Below are positions 9,751 to 19,929 of a stretch of 64,000 bases of DNA, piece after piece. Origin of the DNA: Flavobacteriales bacterium (GTDB lineage: Bacteria > Bacteroidota > Bacteroidia > NS11-12g > UBA955); NCBI GenBank assembly GCA_947496375.1, contig CANMCY010000001.1, positions 70,756 to 134,755 on the forward strand, in the 5' to 3' direction. The stretch's first letter is position 1. Each line of letters begins with the position of its first letter. A model generated the notes under the pieces. That model was not told where the DNA came from, did not search any database, and saw only the letters and a program-made list of their open reading frames with translations. Made by a program: the position numbers and the translations under genes.

Positions 9751-9768
9751 AATTAATTGTAAAGAATA

Positions 9769-9803
9769 TAAAAAGTCCTGATTACTGCATCAGGACTTTT
9801 TTA
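9769..9803 (+). terminator. Rho-independent terminator
   Basis: AAAAAGTCCTGAT-TACTGC-ATCAGGACTTTTTT. Confidence 0.8.
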
Positions 9804-9832
9804 TTTGGGTTGCCGCACCTTGTTTTGCAGTT

Positions 9833-10663
9833 GTGGAGCTAAATGCAGCACCGATTGGCGTTTTTGATTCCGGATACGGTGGATTGACCGTACTGAAGGA
9901 ACTGGAAAAAGCGATGCCCGGGTATGATTATTTATACCTGGGTGATAATGCCCGTGCTCCTTACGGTACCCGCTCCTTCGATACCGTTTATGAATATACC
10001 CTTCAGGCCGTAAAATGGCTTTTTGATAAGGGATGTCCGTTGGTTATTCTGGCCTGTAATACCGCCTCAGCAAGAGCCCTGCGGAGTATTCAGCAAAATG
10101 ATCTGTCCGGTATGGACCCATCAAAACGGGTGCTTGGGGTTATCAGGCCCACTGCTGAAATAGCCGGTAAGTTCACAAACACCGGGAGTATTGGCATATT
10201 GGGAACTGAGGGAACGGTAACCTCTCATTCGTACATATTGGAACTGCAAAAATTCTTTCCTGAAGTAAAAGTTTACCAGGAAGCCTGTCCCATGTGGGTA
10301 CCGCTTGTGGAGAATCATGAGCACGATAAACCCGGTGCAGACTATTTTGTAAGGCAACATATAGATCGGTTGACGCAACAATGTGCCGATATTGATGCAA
10401 TATTCCTCGCCTGCACACATTACCCGCTGCTATTGGATAAAATCATGAGATACATACCGGAAGGTATGCAGGTTTTTTCCCAGGGAAGCATCGTTGCAGA
10501 CAGTTTGAAACAGTATTTAGAGCGTCACCCTGAAATTCAGTCGCGGCTTAGTACCGGTTCGAACTGCTATTTTACCACCACAGACCGGGCAGAAACTTTT
10601 GACAGGCAGGCAGCTGTTTTTTATGGGAAGTCAGTTGCGTCGCATCGCATAGAATTGCTGTAA
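9833..10663 (+). CDS. murI: Glutamate racemase
   Basis: IGVFDSGYGGLTV, LACNTAS, LACTHYP. Confidence 0.96.
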   Translation: MELNAAPIGVFDSGYGGLTVLKELEKAMPGYDYLYLGDNARAPYGTRSFDTVYEYTLQAVKWLFDKGCPLVILACNTASARALRSIQQNDLSGMDPSKRVLGVIRPTAEIAGKFTNTGSIGILGTEGTVTSHSYILELQKFFPEVKVYQEACPMWVPLVENHEHDKPGADYFVRQHIDRLTQQCADIDAIFLACTHYPLLLDKIMRYIPEGMQVFSQGSIVADSLKQYLERHPEIQSRLSTGSNCYFTTTDRAETFDRQAAVFYGKSVASHRIELL

Positions 10664-10671
10664 CAGCGGAT

Positions 10672-12486
10672 ATGCAGGATCTGTTAAAACAAAGGTTGAG
10701 AACTTTGCCCGAGAAACCCGGGGTTTATAAGTATTTCGACGAAAATGGCGTGATAATATATGTGGGCAAGGCACGTAACCTCAAAAAGCGTGTAAACAGT
10801 TATTTTACCAAGCAGCACGACAACCGAAAAACCGAGGTGCTAGTGAGAAAAATAGCCCATATAGATTTCACCGTAGTAGAAAATGAATGGGATGCTTTAT
10901 TGCTGGAAAATAGTCTGATTAAAGAATTTCAGCCACGGTACAACATCAACCTCAAAGATGATAAAAGCTATCCCTACATTCGGGTAACCAACGAACCCTT
11001 TCCCAAGATTTATGCCATGCGTAACCCTGTTCGGGATGGTTCGCTGTATTTCGGGCCGTATGCTTCCCCCAAGGTAATGCATACCGTGCTGGACCTGGCG
11101 CGAAAACTATATCCCACCAGGAATTGTAATCTTCAGATGACACCCGAAAAAATCGCGCAGGGCAAATTTTCCATCTGCCTGGAGTATCAGATAGGCAACT
11201 GTTTGGGACCCTGTGAGGGGAAACAGTCTGAGGATGACTACAATAACAGTATTCAACAAATAAAACTGCTATTGCGGGGTAATCTTAGCGAAATCAAAAA
11301 ACACCTTCGCACAGAGATGCAGCAAGCTGCTGAATCGCTTAGGTTTGAGGCGGCACAGGTATTTAAAGAAAAGCTGGATGCATTGGAAAACTACCGTCAT
11401 AAAAGCACGGTGGTAACTTCGCTCACCGGAAATGTGGCTGTGTTTAGTGTGTGCAGCACCGAAAAATATGCATTTGTTAATGTTCTTTATGTCGCGGAAG
11501 GAATCATTGTTCGCACCCATAACCTGGAAGTGAGAAAAAAGCTGGATGAAAACGATACGGATATCATGCATCAGGCCATCGCTGAAATGCACATTTTGTA
11601 TGCCGATGAGATACCGGATGAGTGGATTCTGCCATTTCCCCCGGGCCAGGACGAAAATCCGGTTATAAACTGGTCTGTTCCCAAGGCGGGTGACCGAAAA
11701 AAAATTCTGGATCTGAGCGTAAAGAATGCTATGCTATTCCGACAGGAAAAGCTCAATCAATATGAAAAATTGAACCCGGAGGTGCGCATAGACCGTTTAA
11801 TGGAACTAATGCGAAAAGACCTGCGTTTACAGGAGCAACCCCGCCACATGGAGTGTTTTGATAACAGTAATTTTCAGGGGAGCTATCCTGTTTCGGCCTG
11901 TGTGGTTTTTAGAGATGGTAAACCTGCGAAATCCGAGTACAGACATTTCAACGTTAGAACCGTGGAGGGACCTAATGATTTTGCCACCATGCAGGAGGTG
12001 ATAGAACGCCGCTACCGAAGGTTGCTCGAGGAGAACAAGGCATTGCCTCAGCTAATTATTATCGATGGAGGAAAGGGCCAATTGAGTGCAGCGGTGGAAG
12101 TGCTGAAAAAAATGGGCGTTTACGGCAGCGTGGCGGTCATTGGCATCGCTAAACGCCTGGAGGAACTTTATTATCCCGAGGATACCCTGCCACTGTACCT
12201 TGATAAAAAATCAGAAACCCTAAAGGTGATTCAGCAAATGCGCGATGAAGCCCACCGTTTTGGTATAACCCACCATCGCAACAGAAGGAGCAAAGGTCTG
12301 GTGAAATCAAACCTGACTGATATACCCGGAATAGGCCCTGAAACGGCCAGAATGTTGCTTAAAACCTTTAAATCTGCTGCCAAGGTAGGTGTGGCGGGTT
12401 TGGGAGAATTATCTGCCGTTATAGGCGAAAAAAAGGCATCTTTGGTGCATCGGCATTTTCACCCTGAAACCCATGCAAACGGATAA
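10672..12486 (+). CDS. uvrC: Excinuclease ABC subunit C
   Basis: GIY-YIG PGVY..YVGKARNLKKRV; ECFDNS; IDGGKGQL; RDEAHRFG; C-terminal HhH. Confidence 0.97.
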   Translation: MQDLLKQRLRTLPEKPGVYKYFDENGVIIYVGKARNLKKRVNSYFTKQHDNRKTEVLVRKIAHIDFTVVENEWDALLLENSLIKEFQPRYNINLKDDKSYPYIRVTNEPFPKIYAMRNPVRDGSLYFGPYASPKVMHTVLDLARKLYPTRNCNLQMTPEKIAQGKFSICLEYQIGNCLGPCEGKQSEDDYNNSIQQIKLLLRGNLSEIKKHLRTEMQQAAESLRFEAAQVFKEKLDALENYRHKSTVVTSLTGNVAVFSVCSTEKYAFVNVLYVAEGIIVRTHNLEVRKKLDENDTDIMHQAIAEMHILYADEIPDEWILPFPPGQDENPVINWSVPKAGDRKKILDLSVKNAMLFRQEKLNQYEKLNPEVRIDRLMELMRKDLRLQEQPRHMECFDNSNFQGSYPVSACVVFRDGKPAKSEYRHFNVRTVEGPNDFATMQEVIERRYRRLLEENKALPQLIIIDGGKGQLSAAVEVLKKMGVYGSVAVIGIAKRLEELYYPEDTLPLYLDKKSETLKVIQQMRDEAHRFGITHHRNRRSKGLVKSNLTDIPGIGPETARMLLKTFKSAAKVGVAGLGELSAVIGEKKASLVHRHFHPETHANG

Positions 12487-13690
12487 TCACCATACATTGC
12501 TGAAATTGCTGGCAGAGGCACGAAACCACCCTGTGGCCTGTATTTGCCTGTCAAATGGATTTGAAGATCCTTACGGGCAATATGACATCCTGGCAGGGTT
12601 TGGTGCAGTTGCAGAATATCACTCTCCGGAAGAACTGGATAAAAATGATGCACTGAAGCTGGGTTTTTGCAGCTATGACCTAAAAAACATAATAGAACCT
12701 TTAAACTCAGGGCATCCTCAGGCGGTATCGGTTCCGGATTGTTACTTTTTTGAACCTCAGCGGTACTTTAAGCTGAAACGTAACAGCAATAAAGCCGAAA
12801 CCAATATGCAGCTACCTGAGCCGGTGTCCTGCACTCAAACCCGGATCACGCCGGAATTTACCTGCAGCTCTCCTAAAGAACTTTATCTGAATAACGTGGA
12901 CAGCATAAAGGAGTGCATTAGAAACGGGGATTTTTATGAGATGAATTATTGCTTGCAGTTCGAGTGCAACACATGTCTTGATCCGTATTCGCTGTTCGCC
13001 GAATTGAACCAAACGGCTCCGGCTCCATTCGCTGTCTTTTTTAAGTATTTCGATAAATTTTTATTGTGCTCCAGCCCCGAACGGTTTCTCGCCAAAAGAA
13101 AGGATGCACTGACGGCTCAGCCCATCAAGGGAACACGAAAAAGGCATGCAGACGTAACGCAGGATTGGCAGGTTAAAACCGCATTATCAAACAGTGAAAA
13201 AGACCGTGCAGAGAATATTATGATCGTAGACCTGCTTAGAAATGATATGAGTCGTGTCTGCATGCCCGGTTCTGTGCAGGTTCCTGAATTATGTAAAGTA
13301 TATTCATTCAGCCATGTGCATCAGATGATCAGTACTGTTACCGGTCAGTTGCAGGCGAATAAAGGGTTTTCAGATATCATTAAGGCCACTTTTCCTATGG
13401 GTAGCATGACCGGAGCCCCGAAAATTCAGGTCATGAAAGATGTTGAACGGTTTGAAAATTTTAGCCGTGGCTGGTATTCAGGCAGCGTGGGTTACTGGGA
13501 AAACGGTGATTTTGATTTCAATGTAATCATTCGCTCAATTCAGATGGATACGGGCCGCGAGACCATGTATTATCATGTGGGCGGAGCTATCACCTCAGAC
13601 AGTGTTCCGGAAGATGAGTACAAGGAATGTATGGAAAAGGCCGCGGGGTTGTTGCAAACCCTAAAAAATCAGGCCGCTTCGAATTTATAG
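12473..13690 (+). CDS. pabB: Aminodeoxychorismate synthase component I / chorismate-binding protein
   Basis: SSPERFL, PIKGT, AENIMIVDLLRND, FPMGSMTGAPK, GGAIT. Confidence 0.8.
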   Translation: MQTDNHHTLLKLLAEARNHPVACICLSNGFEDPYGQYDILAGFGAVAEYHSPEELDKNDALKLGFCSYDLKNIIEPLNSGHPQAVSVPDCYFFEPQRYFKLKRNSNKAETNMQLPEPVSCTQTRITPEFTCSSPKELYLNNVDSIKECIRNGDFYEMNYCLQFECNTCLDPYSLFAELNQTAPAPFAVFFKYFDKFLLCSSPERFLAKRKDALTAQPIKGTRKRHADVTQDWQVKTALSNSEKDRAENIMIVDLLRNDMSRVCMPGSVQVPELCKVYSFSHVHQMISTVTGQLQANKGFSDIIKATFPMGSMTGAPKIQVMKDVERFENFSRGWYSGSVGYWENGDFDFNVIIRSIQMDTGRETMYYHVGGAITSDSVPEDEYKECMEKAAGLLQTLKNQAASNL

Positions 13691-14358
13691 CCAACGCCTT
13701 TTACCGTGTATATGTAACGTTCATCCAGTTTTTCCCGGATTTTACGCACATGCACATCGATGGTGCGGTCTACCACCAATACCTCATTTCCCCAAACATT
13801 TTCCAATATCTCATCACGACTGAAAACCCTGCCGGGACGGCTTGCCAAAAACGACAGCAATTCAAATTCTTTGCGTGGAAATTGAAGCGATTTGCCCATG
13901 AATTCTACCACGAAACGCTCTCTGTCTATTTTTAAATCTCCAAACTCCAGTGTCTCATGGGAGCTTGACTGGATTGCATTTCTGCGGCGGAGAATGGCCT
14001 TGAGTCTGGACATTAGCACGCGGGGACGTATGGGCTTGGATATATAATCATCTGCGCCTGCTTCGAATCCTGCCAGCTCAGCAAATTCTTCGCTTCTGGC
14101 AGTAAGAAACACGATGGGTATGTTTTTGGTGTCAGTATCTTCCTTTAATTGCCTGCATGCCTCCATTCCATCCATCACAGGCATCATCACGTCCATTAAT
14201 ATCAAATCCGGTTTGATTTTACGGGTTTGCTCAAGTGCCTGAAAGCCATTGGCGGCAATGTGTACCTCAAATCCTTCTTTGTTCAGGGCGTGCCTGATAA
14301 TCTCCAGAATGTCAAGCTCGTCATCAACAACGAGAATTTTTGGCATATTTTTTATCAT
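13669..14358 (-). CDS. OmpR/PhoB-family response regulator
   Basis: KILVVDDE, DVMMP, AGADDYISKP, RTIDVHVRKIREKL, TVKGVGYKF. Confidence 0.93.
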   Translation of the reverse strand: MIKNMPKILVVDDELDILEIIRHALNKEGFEVHIAANGFQALEQTRKIKPDLILMDVMMPVMDGMEACRQLKEDTDTKNIPIVFLTARSEEFAELAGFEAGADDYISKPIRPRVLMSRLKAILRRRNAIQSSSHETLEFGDLKIDRERFVVEFMGKSLQFPRKEFELLSFLASRPGRVFSRDEILENVWGNEVLVVDRTIDVHVRKIREKLDERYIYTVKGVGYKFEAA

Positions 14359-14435
14359 AACAATTCAAAACAATGATGTGATTGTTATTGACCCGTGATG
14401 CAAATATTAAGGTATTGTTAATAGCGACTGATATC

Positions 14436-15656
14436 CTATTTTGCAAATACCTCTTGCAGTTTGGCGTAAAGGTTTTCACCCCTCAGCCCTTTGGCGATAA
14501 TTTTTCCATCTTTATCCAGCAAATAAGTGGCGGGAATGCTGCTTACCTGATACATCTTCGCCGGTGCACTTTGCCAGCCACCCAGATCACTCACATGCTT
14601 CCATGCAAGTGAATCGGCTGCAATCGCGCTTTTCCATCGTCCTGCGTCACTGTCAAGCGATACCCCGAAGATTTCAAATCCTTTGTCTTTAAAATCAGCA
14701 TACATTTTTCGGTTGAAAGGATTCTCTCTTCTGCAAGGTCCGCACCATGAAGCCCAGAAATCAATTAATACCACCTTGCCGCGCAAGCTGCTCAGGGCAA
14801 GTTCAGTTCCATCCGGTTGTTTAAGTTTGATATCGGGGGCAACTGCACCGATGGCAAGCAGTTTCTCTTTTTCATAGCGCGATGTCATTTCGGCCATGTA
14901 TTTGCTGCTGGGTGAAAATGCTTTTAGCGACAGGTATGCATGCTCCAGCAAGGGGAATTCAATTTCCTCCAGCATTTGGGTTGCAAGAACAAAGTAGGGT
15001 ACGGGTGACTTTTTCATGCCCAGAACGAGTTTTGTAATGTCTTTTTTTCGTTCACTTAACAATTGGTAATACTCTTTCTGCAGCTGCTGCCCGATGGCAT
15101 AATTTTCGGCGGTATTGGTCAAACCTCTCGCCCTGTTCTCAATGTTCTGAAGTTTGATTATGTAGGATGCATTTAAATCCACCAGCTGTTTCAGCTCAGA
15201 ACTGTTTTCAATGCCTTTGCCTGATAGGGCATAGCTTACATCAAGTCCGCTGCCCGAACATTCTACTTTCGCCTGGGTCTTGTTGTCTATAATCATGTAA
15301 ACCAGACTGTTCTCATCCCACTGCAACTGACAAATAATACTTTCCGTAACATTACCCGTGATGGTAAAATTGCCTGAGCCATCCGTGCGTGCACTATCAA
15401 TGAGCTGCTGCCCACCGGATGTTACCTCCAGTAACACTACCAGATTATTGGGCTTGTTTTTAATATTTCCTTGAATGGTAAATCCATCCTTAACTTTTTC
15501 CAGTGATCCTTCTCTACGGGTTAATAGTTCATTAATCCATAATTCAAATCGAGTAGAGGCGTTACCTGCTTTGGCGTTATTACAGGACGCTATAGTAGGT
15601 GATATTAGCACCAAAGCCAATATGCAGATAATGAGTTGGAGTCTGTTAAAAAGCAT
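14436..15656 (-). CDS. TlpA-like thiol-disulfide oxidoreductase lipoprotein
   Basis: Lipobox IAS-C; C-terminal DFWASWCGPCR thioredoxin fold. Confidence 0.9.
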   Translation of the reverse strand: MLFNRLQLIICILALVLISPTIASCNNAKAGNASTRFELWINELLTRREGSLEKVKDGFTIQGNIKNKPNNLVVLLEVTSGGQQLIDSARTDGSGNFTITGNVTESIICQLQWDENSLVYMIIDNKTQAKVECSGSGLDVSYALSGKGIENSSELKQLVDLNASYIIKLQNIENRARGLTNTAENYAIGQQLQKEYYQLLSERKKDITKLVLGMKKSPVPYFVLATQMLEEIEFPLLEHAYLSLKAFSPSSKYMAEMTSRYEKEKLLAIGAVAPDIKLKQPDGTELALSSLRGKVVLIDFWASWCGPCRRENPFNRKMYADFKDKGFEIFGVSLDSDAGRWKSAIAADSLAWKHVSDLGGWQSAPAKMYQVSSIPATYLLDKDGKIIAKGLRGENLYAKLQEVFAK

Positions 15657-15704
15657 TATAATCTAGATTAAGCAAATATCGTCCCAAACTTCAGAAAGGT
15701 CAAA

Positions 15705-16388
15705 TTATTTTTCTGTCTGGGGTTTGCGGATTTCTTCAAGCTCTTTGGGGTGGACCGAATTTTCAAGCCGATGTTGTCCAATTCGGGTGCGGCATAGTGC
15801 AGAAAGGTGCCCGCCGCTGCCCAGTGCCAACGCAAAATCATGGGCCAGCGAGCGAATATAAGTTCCCTTGCTGCAAACTACCCGAAAATGGATTTCGGGC
15901 AGGTCTATTCCGGTAATCTCAAATGATTTAATGGTGATTTCCCTGGGCTTCAACTCTGCGGAAACACCTTCTCTTGCCAGCTTGTAAGCCCTTTTTCCAT
16001 CTACTTTAATGGCAGAAAAAATAGGAGGTAATTGTGAAATTAAGCCGGTAAATAATGTGGTTTTTTCCCGTATCTGAGTAGCTGTAATATGGTCAAACGG
16101 GAAGAACTCGTTGGGCTCTGTTTCTAAATCATAACTGGGAGTGGTATTTCCCAGGGTTATAGTACCGGTATACTCTTTCTCCTGATTCTGTAGCTCTTCA
16201 ATCCTGCGGGTGCTGCCTTCGGTGCAAACCAGCAACAGGCCGGTTGCCAGCGGATCCAGTGTACCCGCATGTCCTACTCGCTTGGCTTTGGTAATCCACT
16301 TGATTTTTTTTACAACCTGAAAAGAGGTCCAGCCGTAGGGCTTATTGATGAGTAGAATTTCGCCCGGAGGCCTCGGTTCACTGCTCAC
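15705..16388 (-). CDS. truB: tRNA pseudouridine(55) synthase
   Basis: GHAGTLDPLATGLL, SAIKVDGKRAY, CSKGTYIRSLA. Confidence 0.96.
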   Translation of the reverse strand: MSSEPRPPGEILLINKPYGWTSFQVVKKIKWITKAKRVGHAGTLDPLATGLLLVCTEGSTRRIEELQNQEKEYTGTITLGNTTPSYDLETEPNEFFPFDHITATQIREKTTLFTGLISQLPPIFSAIKVDGKRAYKLAREGVSAELKPREITIKSFEITGIDLPEIHFRVVCSKGTYIRSLAHDFALALGSGGHLSALCRTRIGQHRLENSVHPKELEEIRKPQTEK

Positions 16389-18253
16389 TGTATAATGATT
16401 TTTTGACTGCGAACAACCACATTGTCTGCGGTTAATTGTAAAAAATAAGTTCCTGCTGCAAGTTGCCCCGCGTCAATTTTTAGTTTGTGTATCCCCTCGC
16501 TTAATGGAAGGTTTAACTGGCTTTTTACGGTTTGTCCAAGCATGTTGACCATTTGGGCCTTGTACACGGCCGGTTTTCCCACTTTTACTTCAATAAACAG
16601 ACTTTCATTGGCCGGAACAGGGAAAATGCGCACATCCGAAACAGGTGCATTTAACAGGGGGTCTGAGAGGGTAATCCTAGAAATCCAGGCATTCATGGAA
16701 TTGTTTTTTCCGTAGGAACCCACGGTATAGAAAACCCCCGGCTCATTATATTTGGCCTGTATGCCCTCGTAGTCTCCCCATCTTTGCTCTCCTTTAGGCA
16801 AACCGGAGTAATTGATTAACGTGCCTCCCTGAACCAGTTTAACTTTTTGACTGTATTCTCCGAGTCGGTTTCTGTAAATCACAGCGGTTCCCGGATAGTG
16901 CCACGGACTGCTGTAAACAAAGGTGATTACGGTGCTGGGATCATCGGTGTTTTTACCGGCAGCAGCAATGGCAGGATAGCCCATATCCAGTGAATCATCG
17001 GTAATCATGCCGGCCTCAATCACGGGCTTATCGTCGATATGGAAAATGGTGTTGTGGGTTAGGTGGGCCTGCATGGTTTTAAAATTCATGGTGTTTTGCA
17101 GGTACTGAATTTGATTACCAATACGTACCGCACTTAAAACGCGGGCATCATTGGTTCTTAATTTGTATGACGTATCCGGTTGCAGTGCACTGGGCGGAAA
17201 TCCATACTTCATGGGTGAAACCAATACTTTCATACTCAGCTCGGCCTGTCCGCTCTGCTGGGTGTTATTGATGTGCAGTAGGAATACAGAATCATTAACT
17301 TTGTCTATGGGTTTCACACTGATGAAATAATTGTCATTCCCTTCAGGCATAGGACCATTTTGTATGGCGCAGATACTTCTCAGCGATTTTCCTTCATGTT
17401 TTATGTTGGAATAAAAATCCTTTCTAAGGGAATCGCCTTTGAAGCCGTCGGCTTTATTGAGCTGCCATATAATGGCTTCGGTAAAACCCTCTTCCCAGGA
17501 AGCCCCGTTCCCGATGAGGTTAACCGTAAAGAACATGTCATGGCTGTTTTGTGATACGATGGGGTAATCGCTCCAGATTAAGTCTTGGGTAGGTTTGCCC
17601 GGTATTTTGTAGACATTCCATGGCTGCAAGGGATCGCCACTTTGGCTAAAAGCAACTACGATGAAGCTTTTTGTATCTACTACACCATGCATAAATAATA
17701 TGATAAATCGGTCTGCGACAGGATCGTAGAGTACCCTTGGGTCATACACACGATCGAGTGCCGGAAAGGCATCAATTTTTTTCTGAACGTTTACAAATTG
17801 AATCAGCCCCCATTGTTTTTTGAAAGCGCCTTGTTCATCATAAACCCTGATAATGGTATTAAGTACGCTGATGACGGCGCCGCCATTGCTGACAGCAATA
17901 TGATTATCATTTGGGGTTCCGGATCCTGCAGTGCCATCCCATCCCTTGTTATCTGTCGGAGCTATGGAAGCCGGTGGGGTAGGGTTGCCCGTATAGTTAC
18001 CACGGCGGTGCATGTTGCGCTGGTTAAAACGGCTGCGTTCTGCATCCACGGCTCTTCTCAAGGATTCCTTCATTCCGGAAGGCAAGGGCATTTCATGGTC
18101 AGCTTGTACTTTGCTTAACCAAGCATCCTCAACATTAGAAGGGTCAAAAACCTGAAAAAGCGGAGTTTTGTGGTTACGGATGATTTCAAACCCCTGTCCC
18201 GTTGCAACGGTTGAAGTAAGAAATAAGCAAAAACCGAAGAAGAAATTTTTCAT
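16385..18253 (-). CDS. T9SS-secreted protein with probable beta-propeller (DPRVLYD / DYP / RWGDY motifs)
   Basis: Signal peptide ATG-Q; CTD IFPVPA..NMLGQ..GTYFLQL..QKIII. Confidence 0.8.
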   Translation of the reverse strand: MKNFFFGFCLFLTSTVATGQGFEIIRNHKTPLFQVFDPSNVEDAWLSKVQADHEMPLPSGMKESLRRAVDAERSRFNQRNMHRRGNYTGNPTPPASIAPTDNKGWDGTAGSGTPNDNHIAVSNGGAVISVLNTIIRVYDEQGAFKKQWGLIQFVNVQKKIDAFPALDRVYDPRVLYDPVADRFIILFMHGVVDTKSFIVVAFSQSGDPLQPWNVYKIPGKPTQDLIWSDYPIVSQNSHDMFFTVNLIGNGASWEEGFTEAIIWQLNKADGFKGDSLRKDFYSNIKHEGKSLRSICAIQNGPMPEGNDNYFISVKPIDKVNDSVFLLHINNTQQSGQAELSMKVLVSPMKYGFPPSALQPDTSYKLRTNDARVLSAVRIGNQIQYLQNTMNFKTMQAHLTHNTIFHIDDKPVIEAGMITDDSLDMGYPAIAAAGKNTDDPSTVITFVYSSPWHYPGTAVIYRNRLGEYSQKVKLVQGGTLINYSGLPKGEQRWGDYEGIQAKYNEPGVFYTVGSYGKNNSMNAWISRITLSDPLLNAPVSDVRIFPVPANESLFIEVKVGKPAVYKAQMVNMLGQTVKSQLNLPLSEGIHKLKIDAGQLAAGTYFLQLTADNVVVRSQKIIIQ

Positions 18254-18287
18254 GTTTTATGCAAATTAAGCCAAAAATCAACCAAAC

Positions 18288-19301
18288 TCAACGGGTATTA
18301 ACCTCCATCTCAAGTTTTACCTGAAATTTTGTAAAAATATCCTCTACAATATCATGGGCCAAAGTCAGCACTTCCGTCCCGGTCGCATTCCCATAGTTCA
18401 CAAGCACCAGGGCCTGTTTTGCGTGCACGCCTGCATCGCCGCGGCGGTAACCCTTCCATCCGGCTTTCTCAATAAGCCATCCGGCTGCAATTTTCACCGT
18501 GCCGTCCGGTTGATCAAAGCGCTTGGCGTCCGGGTGGGCGGCGCTGAGTTTGTCGGCATCATCCTTACTTACCACAGGATTTTTAAAAAAACTTCCGCAA
18601 TTGCCCAGCTCCGCCGGATCGGGTAGTTTCGATTTTCTGATATGTATTACTGCCCTGCTTACATCGGCAATGCCCGGACGGGTAATGCCCCATTCTGCAA
18701 TGGTGGCCGCAATGTCTCCATATTTGACATTCACCTCTGGGTTTTTGTGAAGTCGTAAAGTAACATGGGTGATAAAATAACGTCCTTTGCCAGACTGTTT
18801 GAAAATACTATCCCGATAGCCAAATTCACATTCTTCGGCTGTTAGTTTTACCATCTGTCCATGCAACAAATCAAAGGCATCGAGTTCCTCAAAAACATCT
18901 TTCAGTTCCGCGCCATACGCCCCGATATTCTGAATGGGCGATGCCCCGATTGTACCGGGAATGAGACTCATGTTTTCCAATCCTCCCCAGTTGTGCTGTA
19001 CGGCATGCATAACCACATTGTGCCATATTTCGCCGCCACCGCAGCGCAGCCATACATGGTGTTCGGTTTCTTTTACAACCTCCTTGCCCGATAAGCGATT
19101 GTGTAATACAAGACCGGGATAATTGCTTTTAAACAGTATATTGCTACCACCACCCAATATCAACGGGCTGCTCAAACTCAAAAGGTTGGTTTTCCATACC
19201 TTTTTTAGAATATCTATGTCTGCCACAGGCAAAAACAACGATGCTTCTGCATCAAAACCAAACGTATTCAGCGCTTTTAAAGTTATGTGGCGTTGTAGCA
19301 T
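18288..19301 (-). CDS. murB: UDP-N-acetylenolpyruvoylglucosamine reductase
   Basis: LGGGSNIL, IPGTIGASPIQNIGAYG, FGYRDSIFK, GSFFKNP, HAKQALVLVN; likely start is the ATG at 19301. Confidence 0.96.
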   Translation of the reverse strand: MLQRHITLKALNTFGFDAEASLFLPVADIDILKKVWKTNLLSLSSPLILGGGSNILFKSNYPGLVLHNRLSGKEVVKETEHHVWLRCGGGEIWHNVVMHAVQHNWGGLENMSLIPGTIGASPIQNIGAYGAELKDVFEELDAFDLLHGQMVKLTAEECEFGYRDSIFKQSGKGRYFITHVTLRLHKNPEVNVKYGDIAATIAEWGITRPGIADVSRAVIHIRKSKLPDPAELGNCGSFFKNPVVSKDDADKLSAAHPDAKRFDQPDGTVKIAAGWLIEKAGWKGYRRGDAGVHAKQALVLVNYGNATGTEVLTLAHDIVEDIFTKFQVKLEMEVNTR

Positions 19302-19476
19302 GTACTGCAAATTAACATGCATCCATGACTGCGGGGCGTATTTTTTATCAACGCAGGTGGGAAATAATCTGATTTGTATCAGTTATTCCATGGAATTTTA
19401 AAAATATTGGTTATTTTGTGTAATATTTGTTCCTTGGTTTCACAAACCTTTTACACAAAACCGTGTTTCTTTCAAA

Positions 19477-19929
19477 ATGAGTATTCTGTCCCATACGCTT
19501 ATCACACTCTTTTTTTTCATACTAATGGAAGGAGTGGCCTGGTTTACCCACAAATATATTATGCACGGATTCGGATGGGTCTGGCACCAAAGTCATCATG
19601 AGCCCCGCAAAGGAAAATTAGAGTTGAATGATTTGTACGGGATGGTATTCGCAGTGCCTTCATGTCTACTGATTATTTATGGTAGTGAAAATATGGATTG
19701 GCGCTTTTCAGCAGGTTTGGGAATCGCCTTATATGGATTGGCGTATTTTTTGGTTCACGATGTTTTTGTTCACCAAAGGGTTAAATGGCTAACCAAAACC
19801 CAGGTGCCCTATTTCAGAGCCATGCGTCTAACCCATCATCTGCATCACGCCGTGCATACCAAAGAAGGGGCAGAAGCATTTGGATTTTTGTTCGTGTTGC
19901 CAAAATATGTGAGGAGGTTCCGTGGCTAA
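19477..19929 (+). CDS. crtZ: Beta-carotene 3-hydroxylase
   Basis: His boxes HKYIMHG, WHQSHH, HDVFVHQR, HHLHH; ELND motif. Confidence 0.92.
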   Translation: MSILSHTLITLFFFILMEGVAWFTHKYIMHGFGWVWHQSHHEPRKGKLELNDLYGMVFAVPSCLLIIYGSENMDWRFSAGLGIALYGLAYFLVHDVFVHQRVKWLTKTQVPYFRAMRLTHHLHHAVHTKEGAEAFGFLFVLPKYVRRFRG

